DNA of 60,782 nucleotides, the filler included, from Sluysia triapertura (taxonomy: Eukaryota), in assembly GCA_046118255.1 (NCBI GenBank). It is 5 parts of 5 records of this genome, joined end to end, with 100 filler letters (N's around TTAATTAATTAA, not from the genome) between each part and the next. Parts side by side here need not be neighbours in the genome. Positions count along the whole stretch, not along the records: positions 35,794 to 49,209 come from JBJNIA010041245.1; positions 49,310 to 60,782 come from JBJNIA010184379.1; 3 more parts are not named here. One strand, 5' to 3'. Position numbers and translations under genes: made by a program. The notes beneath the pieces were generated by a model that ran no database searches, was not told where the DNA came from, and saw only the letters and a list, made by a program, of their open reading frames with translations. Positions 39,168-50,587 of this stretch are shown here, piece after piece (position 1 is the stretch's first letter; the number at the start of each line of letters is the position of its first letter).

Positions 39168-41004
39168 ATTATATTATTACCATTCATCATGTTTTATCTA
39201 GATTCATCAATGATCCTTACTGTATTTTTATATTGAGTAATAACCATTGTGATTTTCCTTCTCTTTAGTGAAACGCAACAAAATATTCAAGTAAAATTTA
39301 GTGGTCCATATATTAGACGTTTGCCATTTGTTTCTAAGGCTTATTTCAGATTTTTGGTATACTTTTAAGGTTCTCTTAAAATTAGGATGTTCTTTTTAAG
39401 TTTAGATATTCACGTTACTTTTTAATTATTATAGCATTTCAATGGCTTCTGTATAAGACACATTGTTTAATTCAGTATTCACAGTTGTTTTGATAATAAA
39501 TTTCATTGGTTTAGAGTTTGTCACTTTGATGTGACTAACATTAATAATGATACTGATAATGGTGATTGAGGAAAAGGTTGATTTAATGAATAAAATTGTT
39601 ATTTTTAAATAAACTAAAATTCTGTAAAATTTAAGTTCTTTCTTATGCAGAATCATTGAATATTAACCAAAATTAAATAAAAATAAGAGTAATACACCTA
39701 GAAATTCTAAAGCTGTGATTATTAGAGTTCTATTGTGGTGATTCATTACAGAACCTGCAATTTTATTTTCTACAAAATAATAAATCATTCAGTGCAAAAC
39801 ACTTATCAATAAAAAGAATAAAGAATAGTCAGGTTCAACAATTCACAGTTTTGAAGCTTCCAGAGCTTTGCATGCATCTTGAACATGTCAATTTGCAAAA
39901 TTCCTGTTTTACACAAAAATATTTATTTTGAAGCACATTCCATCTAACTTTCACCGTGTTGCATTCAACATTGTCAAAATCCTAAAAAGCTAAATAAAGT
40001 AATTTAAATCATTAAAGGATCTTTTAAAATAATTCGAAGCTAATTATGACATTAAAATTATTAATTTCACTCTAAGTTAATAATAAAATAATTAATTTAT
40101 ACCATACAATCTAGAAAAGCTCGTGGTTCAACAAACCAAAACAATACAAAGCTCTTTAACATACAATTTAGTTGAACATCACATATTAAATAAGTACTGT
40201 TGTCTTTATTTAAAATTATTAACAATAAATCAATAAGTTTGAAATCTCGATACTTTTCAATAATCACAATGTCTTTACTCAATTAATTAACAATACAATT
40301 TACTCAAAACCCAGGTGTGACAACACACAAAATATTTGTACCCATGTTTAACAAAACAAACATCACTATAGAATTTAATAACTTAGTGAAAATCAAGCTT
40401 CAATCACAATAATTACCATAATTGTTGAAGCAACTTCCTACATTAATCGAAGCTTTTGCTTTTCTAGTATTTTTGCTACTTATGTCTGAGTACTTGACAA
40501 AAATGCGTTCGCTTATGCAGTTATTAGATAATTACTGAGATTAAAAATGGAAAGTAAAAATAATTAAAATTATAGATTTAGATGAACCATCATATTTGAA
40601 TATATTGTATTTTTGGTGTACAAAATACATTAGACATCAAATAAAAATATAAACTTAATTTACAAATAAAACTTATCAAAATATAAAATACAAAATCAAG
40701 AAACTATAAAATTATTCAATGTATTAAAGCGGTCATCAACAAAGAAACTAAAACTGATCTAAACAGAAATATTCAATGTTTCACTTTATAAAAAGCGTCT
40801 TCTAGAATATAAAACCAAGAAACAATAAATATATAAATTACGTATTCAATCATAATTATTTAAAGATAAACGAATAATTTAATTTAGCGATTCATATCTG
40901 AAAAAATTAATTATAAATACTCTTAACACACCAAATATCAATAATTATCTAATATTAAAATTACGTACAAATTATTCAAATTATGCTTTTTAAATAAATT
41001 GATT

Positions 41005-41939
41005 CTAATCAAATAACAGATCATCCTCATCTTCTTGAATAATAGTATGTGCACCACTTTTAGCAGCATCGACTGCATCATAACCAGCTTGTTTAAGTTC
41101 TTTTTCCTTTTTTTCTCTCAATTTTTTCTTTTTTTCTTGTATTTTTTTTAATCTAAAAATTAATTTCAAATTATTCAAAATTACCTATAAAATTCTTCTC
41201 TTTCTCTTTCATCAAGTTCCTGAATTATGTATTGCAATGTTCGTTCAATTTTTGGAATAATCACTAATTATAAATTAATTCATTAATAAAAATACCGTGT
41301 TCAATTGCATTCACTCTTCTATTAGTTGCTTTAATAACTTCATCTAGAGTTACGAAAGACGTTTGTAATGATGCCAAATCAACTAATAATGCTACCGCTT
41401 TGTGATAATTTTTTCTCAATTTTTCAATCTGTTGACCACCTCCTGCCAATCCGGTCCACTGATAATCTATTACCAAAAAACAATAAGCCAAATATAACTT
41501 ACTGCCTCCACTTTTGTAATTTTGTTCTTCCAAAATTTCAAAAACAGGTAATACCACACCAGCTACATTTTCTCGAGCAGATTTAACTTTCAACTGAGCC
41601 TTAGATACATCTTGAATTACAGTTTGATTTATATTTCCTTGATGGGCAAATTTCACTTCTGCTAATGAAAATGACGCATCTCTCATAACAGCTCCCATAT
41701 TTTGTTTATTCTAATAAAGCATTATTTCTGAATTAAAAGTAATTACATCAATAATTTTTTTCAGAATCTGTCTAAATTTTACTGTTAAAGCATCAGATTT
41801 CTTCTTCAACAAACTATGGCCTTTTTGAGCGCCTTTGAGTCGACCTTTCATTAGCGTCTGGGCCCTAAATGAAAATCAACTACACATTATAAACTAACAT
41901 TCTGGAAGGAAATATATTAATTTTGTCAGTTCGTGACAT
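41005..41939 (-). CDS. ATP6V1D: V-type proton ATPase subunit D, complete, 254 aa; exons 41899-41939, 41747-41864, 41503-41710, 41296-41466, 41185-41263, 41005-41152
   Basis: Spliced product MSRTDKINIFPSRMAQTLMKGRLKGAQKGHSLLKKKSDAL...ENVAGV...TGLAGGGQQ...[62 protein letters not shown]...DDLLFD*. Five GT-AG introns of 34, 36, 36, 32 and 32 nt; exon sum 765 nt, in frame. Confidence 0.97.
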
Positions 41940-44169
41940 GACTTCCAATAACTTACAAATATAATAGTAAAAAATTAAATATTTATATTTGTAACTTTTG
42001 TAAATGAGGCTACAAACTAATTTATATTCGTTATATTATTATTTTATATTATATTTCTTTATATTATTATTTTACTTTTAAAAATATATAAAAAAATTAA
42101 TGGAATTTATAGTTATATATATTTGTTTATATTTTATTTTTATATTATTTAAACAATAATTGCGGAATGTATGACCTCTTTTAAAAAATAGAAATTATCA
42201 ATTTATTTTTCAAATTATAATTTTAGTAATATTATTAATAATTAATAATAGTACTTATTTCGAAGCATAGAAACCAAATGCGATATATTTTTTATGTTAT
42301 AAAACGTAGCATCACATTAAGTAAACAATTTTTTATAAAAAATTTATACAATAGAGATTGGTTCTAATGTATTCTATTAAAAGGTTTTAAACGATTTTTT
42401 CTTTATATTTCGTATTACATTTTATGACATTGTATTACATTATTTGTCAGAATACAATGATGAAAAATATTATTTTTCAAATGCACGCATCACTAAAAGA
42501 TTGAAAAAAATACTACACGAATGACAGATACAAGCACTTTTATGATCACGATGTATGTACTAAGGTACTAGAATGAAAATATTAGAGTATTATCTGTAAT
42601 ATAACAGAACTTCGAATTTCTACATATCATTAACATAGTTTAACATTGTACGGTTGTTACAATTAACCTTTTTAAAATTTCATAATTTAAAACAAAATAT
42701 TTATTAAACCGCAGTATCACTTCCTTTCTAGAGAGGTATGCATGTTGTATCCAAATGAATTAAGTAAAATAATAATTGCAAGAGAATAACTGTTAATTAT
42801 GAATAGCCAAATTTCAACGTTTATTCAGATCTATCACCTTATTAGTATCAAGGTTTGTATCTTGTTTGCCATTATTGAATTTTTTTATATTTATCTTTAC
42901 TATCACGTACAATGAATTTACTGCAAGTTTTATTTGTGATAAATGTTCTGAACAAAAGTGGACTTAAGTTCATAATCGTTTAACTTGCTGGTGCTTTTAT
43001 CTAAACTGTGAACGCGAGTAAAATGAATATCTTAATGTGATCGTCTATAATCCACGACTTTTAACGTACAGTAGGCTTTGGAGTAGCTATGGAAACAATT
43101 ACATAATTTATGTGAGATTATATATGTACTGAGTTGAAAGGTAAGATAGTTAAAAGAAAATTATACTGAATTAGTATTGTTAAAACATTAACTTATTACA
43201 TAAACATAAAACCAAAACAAGTAACAAAAAATAATGAATACGTAATTTGTAAACAAATATAAAAGTAATTTTTGTTTGATAATTAAAGGTTTTTTATCAT
43301 TAAATTAAATTACTACGATGCTTATATTAAGATTTTAGTCTTCATTAAATTGAACAAAATAATTAAAGAAAGGATTTTAAGTTTAGTTTAGCAAAAGTTA
43401 AATTGACCTTAAAATTATAAGTTTATTAATAAATTAAAATGGTATTATAGATAATAAATTTTGATGAAAATTTCAAACTGGCATGACAGAAAATCCAAAA
43501 AATGTTAACTCGCTGGAAAAATTTTAACAGAAGTGTAAATAATGTATAATGTAATCATTTTTAAAATTAAATTGTAAATAAATGTAATAATTTTTAAAAA
43601 TGATTATATATATATTTTAGAACATTTTTAGAATTAATGAATTCTTAATGAAACTATTTTAAAAAGAAATAACGTGTAGATATAATTATTAATTTTGAAT
43701 ATAAAAAACTGTTTGAATACAAATAATATTAAAAAGAAAAAATATTACATTTTTATATTCAGTTTTATTGTATGAAACTTCATGATAATTTTTATAACTG
43801 TAATAAAATTTTATCAATAAAATTCTACCATCTAAGTAATAAAAAATGTTACTATTTGAAAAGTAAAACCTTATAATTTTACGACTGAACGGATTTATAT
43901 AAATTAAAGGACCTAAAATTCTCGCTCAGACAAAAAAATTTTGGAAGTGTGCACAAACATTTTTAGTTTTATAGTTTTAGAATTTTTGGTTTAGATCTTT
44001 GGAAATTCATTATTCCAGTCGTAACATCAATTAGGCGCCGTTAGCAGAATTAGTGACAAATTTGTAGATCGAGATTGATAAAATATAAGTACAATTTCCC
44101 ATGTTCGTTTCATTATCAACAGTCTTATCGAACATTAGCTAAACCAAAATGCAATCGTAAGATTTTTTT

Positions 44170-45080
44170 AAATAAGATTTGTCTTGTTGGGATTGCCAAA
44201 CTGAAAATCAGGAGACGAGTGAGAAATATGTTGAGCTATAAAATGAAGGAAAAACTGATACAAGGTCATGGATTGAACATGATGAACATTGTTGGAATAA
44301 GAATCATGAAAGTAAAAACATCTATAATAATGTTAAAAGCTAAAGAATATCTTGGAGTTGCAAAGACATATTTGAGACTTTATGGAAGCTTCAGATGGAC
44401 TTGGAAAACATTTCAAAGCATTATGGTATCTTTGAATTTGTGAACCTTTAGATCATTTAAGACCTAGTGACTTTTAGCGTTTGAGATCCTTTAGTAACCT
44501 TATAAAGTATTTAAAATCTTTAAAATGATTGAGAAATAAAATCATTGTTATTGGTATTAAAGATAAATCTACTATGTTAAGAAGGAACACAAGAAGTAGA
44601 AAAAGGAATCAGAGAGGTGAAGGTGAAAATACCTGGAACCTTCTGAATGCCTTAAAACTACTAAATAACTTTAGGACCTTAATAAAACCTTTAAACATGA
44701 AATAAGATTAAGTCTAAAAACAGATTAATTGATTAAAATCTTTATTAACTTTATTAAGAAAAAGTACGATTTTGTGAATAACTTATGAATGCAGAATGCT
44801 ACATTAAATTTGAAACTGTGTATGTATTTGTTTAGAAAAGGTACTGTTTCACCGAGTTCAAGCTTTAATATTGAGCAAAGTCAAATTTTAATTAATTCTT
44901 AATTATGGAATGTTGAATTTTTATACTTAGAATGATGCAAATATAATGAATGGAGTATGAGATGATCGCTATGGAAGAGAAGAATCTAGAATTGAGTTTG
45001 AAATGCTTGTAGAGTGGTTTGCTTGAGAATAAGAAGCTTAAACATTTCGCTTAAGGAATGTTTAAAATCAATAAAATTCT
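44170..45080 (+). repeat. Dispersed repeat family X, copy 2 (longest), preceded by a PBS-like motif
   Basis: Homologous to 32090-32610, 46400-47030 and 52490-53350 (reverse). GTAACA-tcaat-TAGGCGCCGTTAGCAGAATT at 44021-44051 resembles an LTR end followed by a tRNA primer-binding site. Confidence 0.75.
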
Positions 45081-46399
45081 GAAAACCAAAATTAAATTCA
45101 TTATTCTTTTATGTATGTTAACAATAATAATGATTTAATAAAAGTAGATTGAGTAGAATAAAGGAAAATAATACATAATCGTAAATTATTTTTTTGTTTT
45201 GTATCTAATAAAGCTTGACAGTCTGTACCACGTAAGTGTCAAAGTTATTTTTGTCGGATTAATTCTCAAACAATGTTGCAGTAATTTTTGTGAGAAAATG
45301 TTTAATCTAAAATTTGGGTATGATTGGATGATGAGAAAATAAAAAAGGAATACCGAAAATTTTACCTCACAACAACAATTAATAATGCAAAATGAGAAGA
45401 TCCATGCTTTAAGTAATTTTTGAATTTATTTTATAATTAAAAATAATATTAATTTTATTAAAATAGTTTTTGGTTTTGTGTTATTTTGGGAAATTTATAT
45501 TTTATTTTTATTATGTAAGAATTGTGAATTATAATTAATATTTTTTATATGTTGCGTCACCTCTGGTTTTCTTTTTGCACAGGTTGTTAACATTATTATA
45601 AAAGTTATTGTTAAATTTCTTTTAAGTGTTTATTATTTTTAGTTGTCCCATTTACATTATTGTTACAGCGGAGATTTACTGTAGTAATTTTTTTTGTCAT
45701 CATTAAATTATTGAGTTTTATTAATTTTATTTTCAAAAACTTAATTTTGGGGTGAATAATTATTATTATCAAAATAAGAGAATTACTGAAAATTTATATT
45801 AAATTATTGAACACGATATCGATTAATCGTAGCTAATAATTTCCAAAGAAACAACAGTCCTATAATTTTTAGGATTAATATTTTACGTAAAATTTCATCA
45901 ATTTATTAACAAATATCATTTCTGGTTCAATATAAAATCTTTAAACGAAAATTTTGAGATTAAGTACAAAACTTAATTTTGAATTTGTAATTATTGTTAT
46001 TATCATATTTTGATTGTATTTTTTATTTTTAACATTGTTTTGTAATATGTCTTTGTATCATTTAATTTTGTCTTTTCAATAATTAAAAACTAAATTAGTG
46101 TGTAAACTTTTTAAAAGCATTTCGGAAATTATGCATAAGAAAAAATATAGTTATCGGGTAAACGTTTAGGGATAATTAAAAAATGAATATATTCATTTAT
46201 AATATTTAAGAGCAAATATTAAATTGAAATATTTAAGCGTGACCCTCTATCGAATCGATTGACAATGATAGTAACTTTCCAAGATTAAGGGAATACCTTC
46301 CGTAGTATCTTCATTAAGAGAAAATCCCGAAGCAGTGTCTTGTTCGCATATAAATCACCGATTTCAGGAGAACCCGAATAAAATATAATTGTCTTTGCT

Positions 46400-47030
46400 C
46401 GGATCTGTTGGAAATATCCAGTTGGTGTAAAGAGAATGGATTAAGAAGTAAGGGAATTTTATAAAATATCTAAAACATAAACATAACTGAATATTTTTAG
46501 AGCAAGAATAATGAACAGTAAAATGTTTATAATCATTTTGAAACCGAAGAAAACCTTGGAGTTGCAAAGACCTTTGTATAGACTTATGGCTTGGAAAGTG
46601 TTTTGAAGTATGATGATACCTTTGAATTTCTGAACCTTAGGATCATTTTAGACATTGCTGAATGACCTTGTTGATCTTTCGGAATTTTTGAGTAGCTTAT
46701 AAAGTAGTTAATAGTTTTATAACCATATTAAAACCTTATTTGAATAACTTTCGAATGAGGAATGCTATGTTAAAACTGTAATTGTGCATGTATGTGTCTT
46801 AAAGAGATATTTCGATGAAGATAAGGTTTGATCGAGCTCATGCGAGGAAAGCCTCTATTTTTATTAACTTTTAATTTAAAATGATAAAATTTTCATATTT
46901 AGAATGATGAAGAAATGATGAGTTGGATATGGAGTGAAAATGAGGTTGAAATTTTTGTGAAATGGTTCGTTTGGGAATGAGAACCTTAAACATTTTCCAT
47001 TAAAAAATTGAGTTTGAAGAATTGAAAATT
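46400..47030 (+). repeat. Dispersed repeat family X, copy 3 (internally deleted)
   Basis: CTTGGAGTTGCAAAGAC, CTTTGAATTT.TGAACCTT, TGAATAACTT and TTAGAATGATG blocks shared with copy 2. Confidence 0.75.
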
Positions 47031-47942
47031 AATTAAAATGTAAAAACCTATGATCGTAAATGGAAAGATTATACTTAAGTGAATTTGCTTGTGGTCAAAG
47101 ACTTGCAGTAAATGGCTTGTCCATAGGATTTTAGAAGATAAAATGGCGATTAAAATTATTATTCTCAAATATGCCTCTGAATATGTCAGCTATGTATTTA
47201 ACAAATGTGACTTAATGTGATTATACGAAGACTAATGAATAACTAAATGTATTTACACCTACATTTTTAAATGTGCTTTCCAAATAGTATGCCGAATTTT
47301 AAGAAATATCTAGTCGTTAATAAATAAATTCAGCAAAAATTAATATTTTATAAAACACTTCTAAAAGAATGTAACAAGGTAAAGATTATAGATGAATACA
47401 GAAATTATTAAAAATACAATGTGCAAGTTTAAACCTTGTTTCATGACTTTTGAAAATATTTTAAAGTTTTATTTAAAATACACCTGAAACTTATCAAATA
47501 ATAAACCAAGTTGCTTTTGTAATGTGCAAAATTGTGAAGCAACATCAATTTGTAAATGTGATATCCGTTTTGTTTTTCGAAAGTAAAATTTTTTTTAATA
47601 AATCTTAGCGAATTAATTTTGAAATTGTAAATTCTAAAATCTTTTATGGACTCAAACCTTTTAAAGATTTAAAGATTTAAAAAAATATAAGCAATTAAAC
47701 ATCAAAAATATAAATGGCATAAAGACAGACGTTAGAGTGATGAATATCTTCAAGAAAGGTATAATATTTTAATGATTATTTTTAACGAAACACAAATTAT
47801 CGATACTTTAGGGATTAGAAAATTACAATATAAGCGATTGTTGTAGAAGCATTCTCACAAATAAACTTTAGAAGAGAAATTAATAGAAATTAAGAGAAAA
47901 GAGAAAGAAAGAATAATTTGTCGTCTCCTAGAATCAGACTCG

Positions 47943-48098
47943 TGTTAGACTTCATAAAATGGACTGACCGGATATCGAACCCGGGACTTCTAGCTGCGCA
48001 GTTCGATGCACTATCACTGAGCTATCAGCCCCGTCTAACAAATTTATTTTATTAAAGTCAATTTTACCAAATGGCACTTTAGACATTTTACCCCAACA
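47943..48098 (-). mobile_element. 156-bp solo-LTR/TRIM-like element with tRNA-Ala-derived cassette, copy 2
   Basis: Reverse complement begins TGTTGGGGTAAAA and ends GTCTAACA; flanks CTCG/CTTG (3 of 4 match, degenerate TSD); collinear with 9848-10004. Confidence 0.82.
47960..48031 (-). tRNA. tRNA-Ala-like pseudogene / Pol III cassette, copy 2
   Basis: GGGCTGA TA GCTCAGTGATAGTGC ... GTC CCGGG TTCGATA TCCGG TCAGTCC A then TTTT. 7-bp acceptor stem with G3.U70; anticodon arm unpaired. Confidence 0.7.
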
Positions 48099-48659
48099 CT
48101 TGGGCCATTGCAAGATCATTTATCACCATTTCCAATTCACTTGAAATTCCTGTATCAAGAAAATTTCAGAAATGTTTTCAAAGAAGGAAGTTTTCTAGAT
48201 ATATCAGATACACGTATCATAAAAGGTGTGTTATGTGAAGAAATTGAAAAAATGACAGAATATAAACAAGCAATAGAACTTTCTAAAGCTAAAAGTCGAC
48301 AAGGTATATTATCATAATTGCATTTTAAACAAAATTGTACCTGTTCTTATCATTATTATCAAAGTTATTTTTATTTTACTTTTAATTGTTTTACAAACAT
48401 TTTGAGATTAGATAGTATATTGTGTGAAAAACATTTTAATTATTTATGATACAAAATGATTATAATGTGTCACATTTCGTTTATTTGCATCATTGTTTTA
48501 TTCGAAACTGTTCATTGTACATGTAATAATTAGTGACGTGCATTGATCACTAATTATTTTGTCTACATAATTATTCTACTTCTATGTTATGCAATTGGAA
48601 GAGTTTAAATACTTGAAATTGATAACTGGCCAATGAAAATAAAAATCTAAAAATTTTGG

Positions 48660-48950
48660 TTAGAAAAATAAAATGGCTACCAGAAGTAGTCACAGTTTTA
48701 GATGATGTAAAAAATTGAAAATAATAAACAAAATTTTCCAGATGTCAGCTAGAAGATTGAAAATGCCCAAGTTAAATAAAAATGCTAAGTGTTGGTGAAC
48801 ACGATGTCTATCAAAGTGGACGTGATGGTATACCGGAAATTCATCCTGACGATATATTCAAACCAAATGCTGATATTAAAATCACCAACTTAAAGTGTAA
48901 AGATATTCTGTTTTATGAAATACCACGAAGTGCTCAGATCAAAGTGATCC
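48660..48950 (+). mobile_element. Possible gypsy integrase C-terminal remnant
   Basis: KWLPEVV and LSVGEHDVYQ resemble the integrase tail motifs KW.PG.V and L.VG+.V. Weak. Confidence 0.25.
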
Positions 48951-49064
48951 ATACATTATTATACATTATATTCTTAATTTTAATTTTGATTTTATTTGAT
49001 AGTTATTAATGTTATTTAATCTATATTTCAATATTATTATTATATTTAAAAAATAAAATGAATA

Positions 49065-49209
49065 TGTTGGGATTAGTGAAGAATAAGGGTTGGTATAAGG
49101 GTCAAAACTTAGGATAACAGAATAAGTTGAACGTTATTAAAGAACTAAGACGAAGCATTATGATGAACTGCAATAGTAAGATAACCATAGAGAACATTTG
49201 AATCAAAGT
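49065..49209 (-). repeat. Repeat family Y, terminal fragment (cut by gap)
   Basis: Reverse complement of ~6390-6532; starts TGTTGGGATT on the + strand. Confidence 0.75.
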
Positions 49210-49309
49210 NNNNNNNNNNNNNNNNNNNNNNNNNNNNNNNNNNNNNNNNNNNNTTAATTAATTAANNNNNNNNNNNNNNNNNNNNNNNNNNNNNNNNNNN
49301 NNNNNNNNN
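49210..49309. other. Assembly gap with artificial linker
   Basis: 44 N + TTAATTAATTAA + 44 N. Confidence 0.97.
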
Positions 49310-49483
49310 TATATATATGATTCATACTCCGTATGGTTATTAGAACGCCAATCACATCTAGGTAAAAGTTCATTTTTTGATAAAAATGGTAAAGAATTGA
49401 ATTGCAAAGCACATTTGATCGAATTCTCAGCTACAGCTTCATTATGGCAATTAGAAGGTCATGGTGATGTTGATTGGTACATG
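49310..49483 (+). CDS. Open exon-like fragment of an unidentified protein
   Basis: YDSYSVWLLERQSHLGKSSFFDKNGKELNCKAHLIEFSATASLWQLEGHGDVDWYM followed by donor GTAATT; protein-like composition; 5' end lost in the gap. Confidence 0.45.
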
Positions 49484-49638
49484 GTAATTTTGTCACATGT
49501 TCAATTAATAATATGTATTGTAATTCTGTAAAGAGTAACATGATGGATACACTAAAACGTAACTATAGAATGCTACGACATGACCTTTTTAACTGGACTT
49601 GCTTTTAATTTCTTTTGTTTAGCATCATTTTATATAGT

Positions 49639-49722
49639 GGAATTAGACCGCATCAATGCAATAATTGTCCTAAAGCATTTACACAAAGATGTTAGTTGGA
49701 AATTCACTTAAGAAAAAAACAT
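49639..49722 (+). pseudogene. Ovo/OVOL-type C2H2 zinc-finger fragment with in-frame stop
   Basis: GIRPHQCNNCPKAFTQRC*LEIHLRKKH versus the Ovo-family third finger G(V/I)RPYKC..C.KAFTQRCSLESHLKKIH. Confidence 0.7.
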
Positions 49723-49774
49723 TAATGACATTTTATTTCCATATTTAAATTTTCATATCCAAAAGCATCCGATA

Positions 49775-50587
49775 CACTGTTATTCTTTGATATTAATAAT
49801 CGGTATATTTGCTTTATTTCTTAATATTTGTGCCGTAGCAGCTATATTTCGATTACGTGGATCCTTACATAGCACTATCCGCCTGGTGTGTTGCCTAGCA
49901 TTTTTTGATATGGTTCTGCCATTTGTTGTTATCAGAGAAACTTCTACGATTTATTAAATTCAAAATAGAAGTAATAATATAGTTAAAGCAATTACAAGTA
50001 GTGATTTTTCTAATATGAACTATTCTGATTGTTATTCATTAATTTTACAAATAATTCATCATATTACGTACAATGGTATTTAGTATCTTTGGTTGCTGCA
50101 GCAACTGATTTATATATGGCAATCATGTATTCATACGTGTTACAATTGTTATTGTTATTATTATTACATTAACTGATACTACTTAACTTTATTTTCCGGC
50201 AATAAATTTATTTCAAAATAATTCAATTGAATATGAAAGTTTTTGTATTTTGAAATGGTCACAAGATATGAAATCCAGTACAATAACATTGGCTATTGTC
50301 ATGTTTTCGATTATTGTGGTATCAGTTCGCATTTATTATGAAATTCGTCAATTTAAACAACCGAAATTAATGGGTTTTGTACAAAGAACATCTTCATTCG
50401 ATTACAAGAATCATAACAATAATAATAATATTCGATTTATGAATGGTTCTACCTTGAATAAAAGCAAAAGCCACACAGCCAAGTAACACGACCACTCGTC
50501 GCAGTCAACGCGGTCTAGTGACAACATTAATATTATTAGTGGTTTTTCTTTATGTTTTATGCCAACATTTGTATTAGAACTATTTTA
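49775..50587 (+). pseudogene. Rhodopsin-class GPCR pseudogene (TM1-TM6 pieces)
   Basis: TM1 LIIGIFALFLNICAVAAI, TM2 RLVCCLAFFDMV (LAxxD), TM3 LVAAATDLYMAI (DRY-like), TM5 TLAIVMFSIIVVSVRIYYEIR, TM6 RGLVTTLILLVVF/LCFMPTFV (CWxP-like). Frameshifts and stops; TM7 not seen. Confidence 0.78.
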
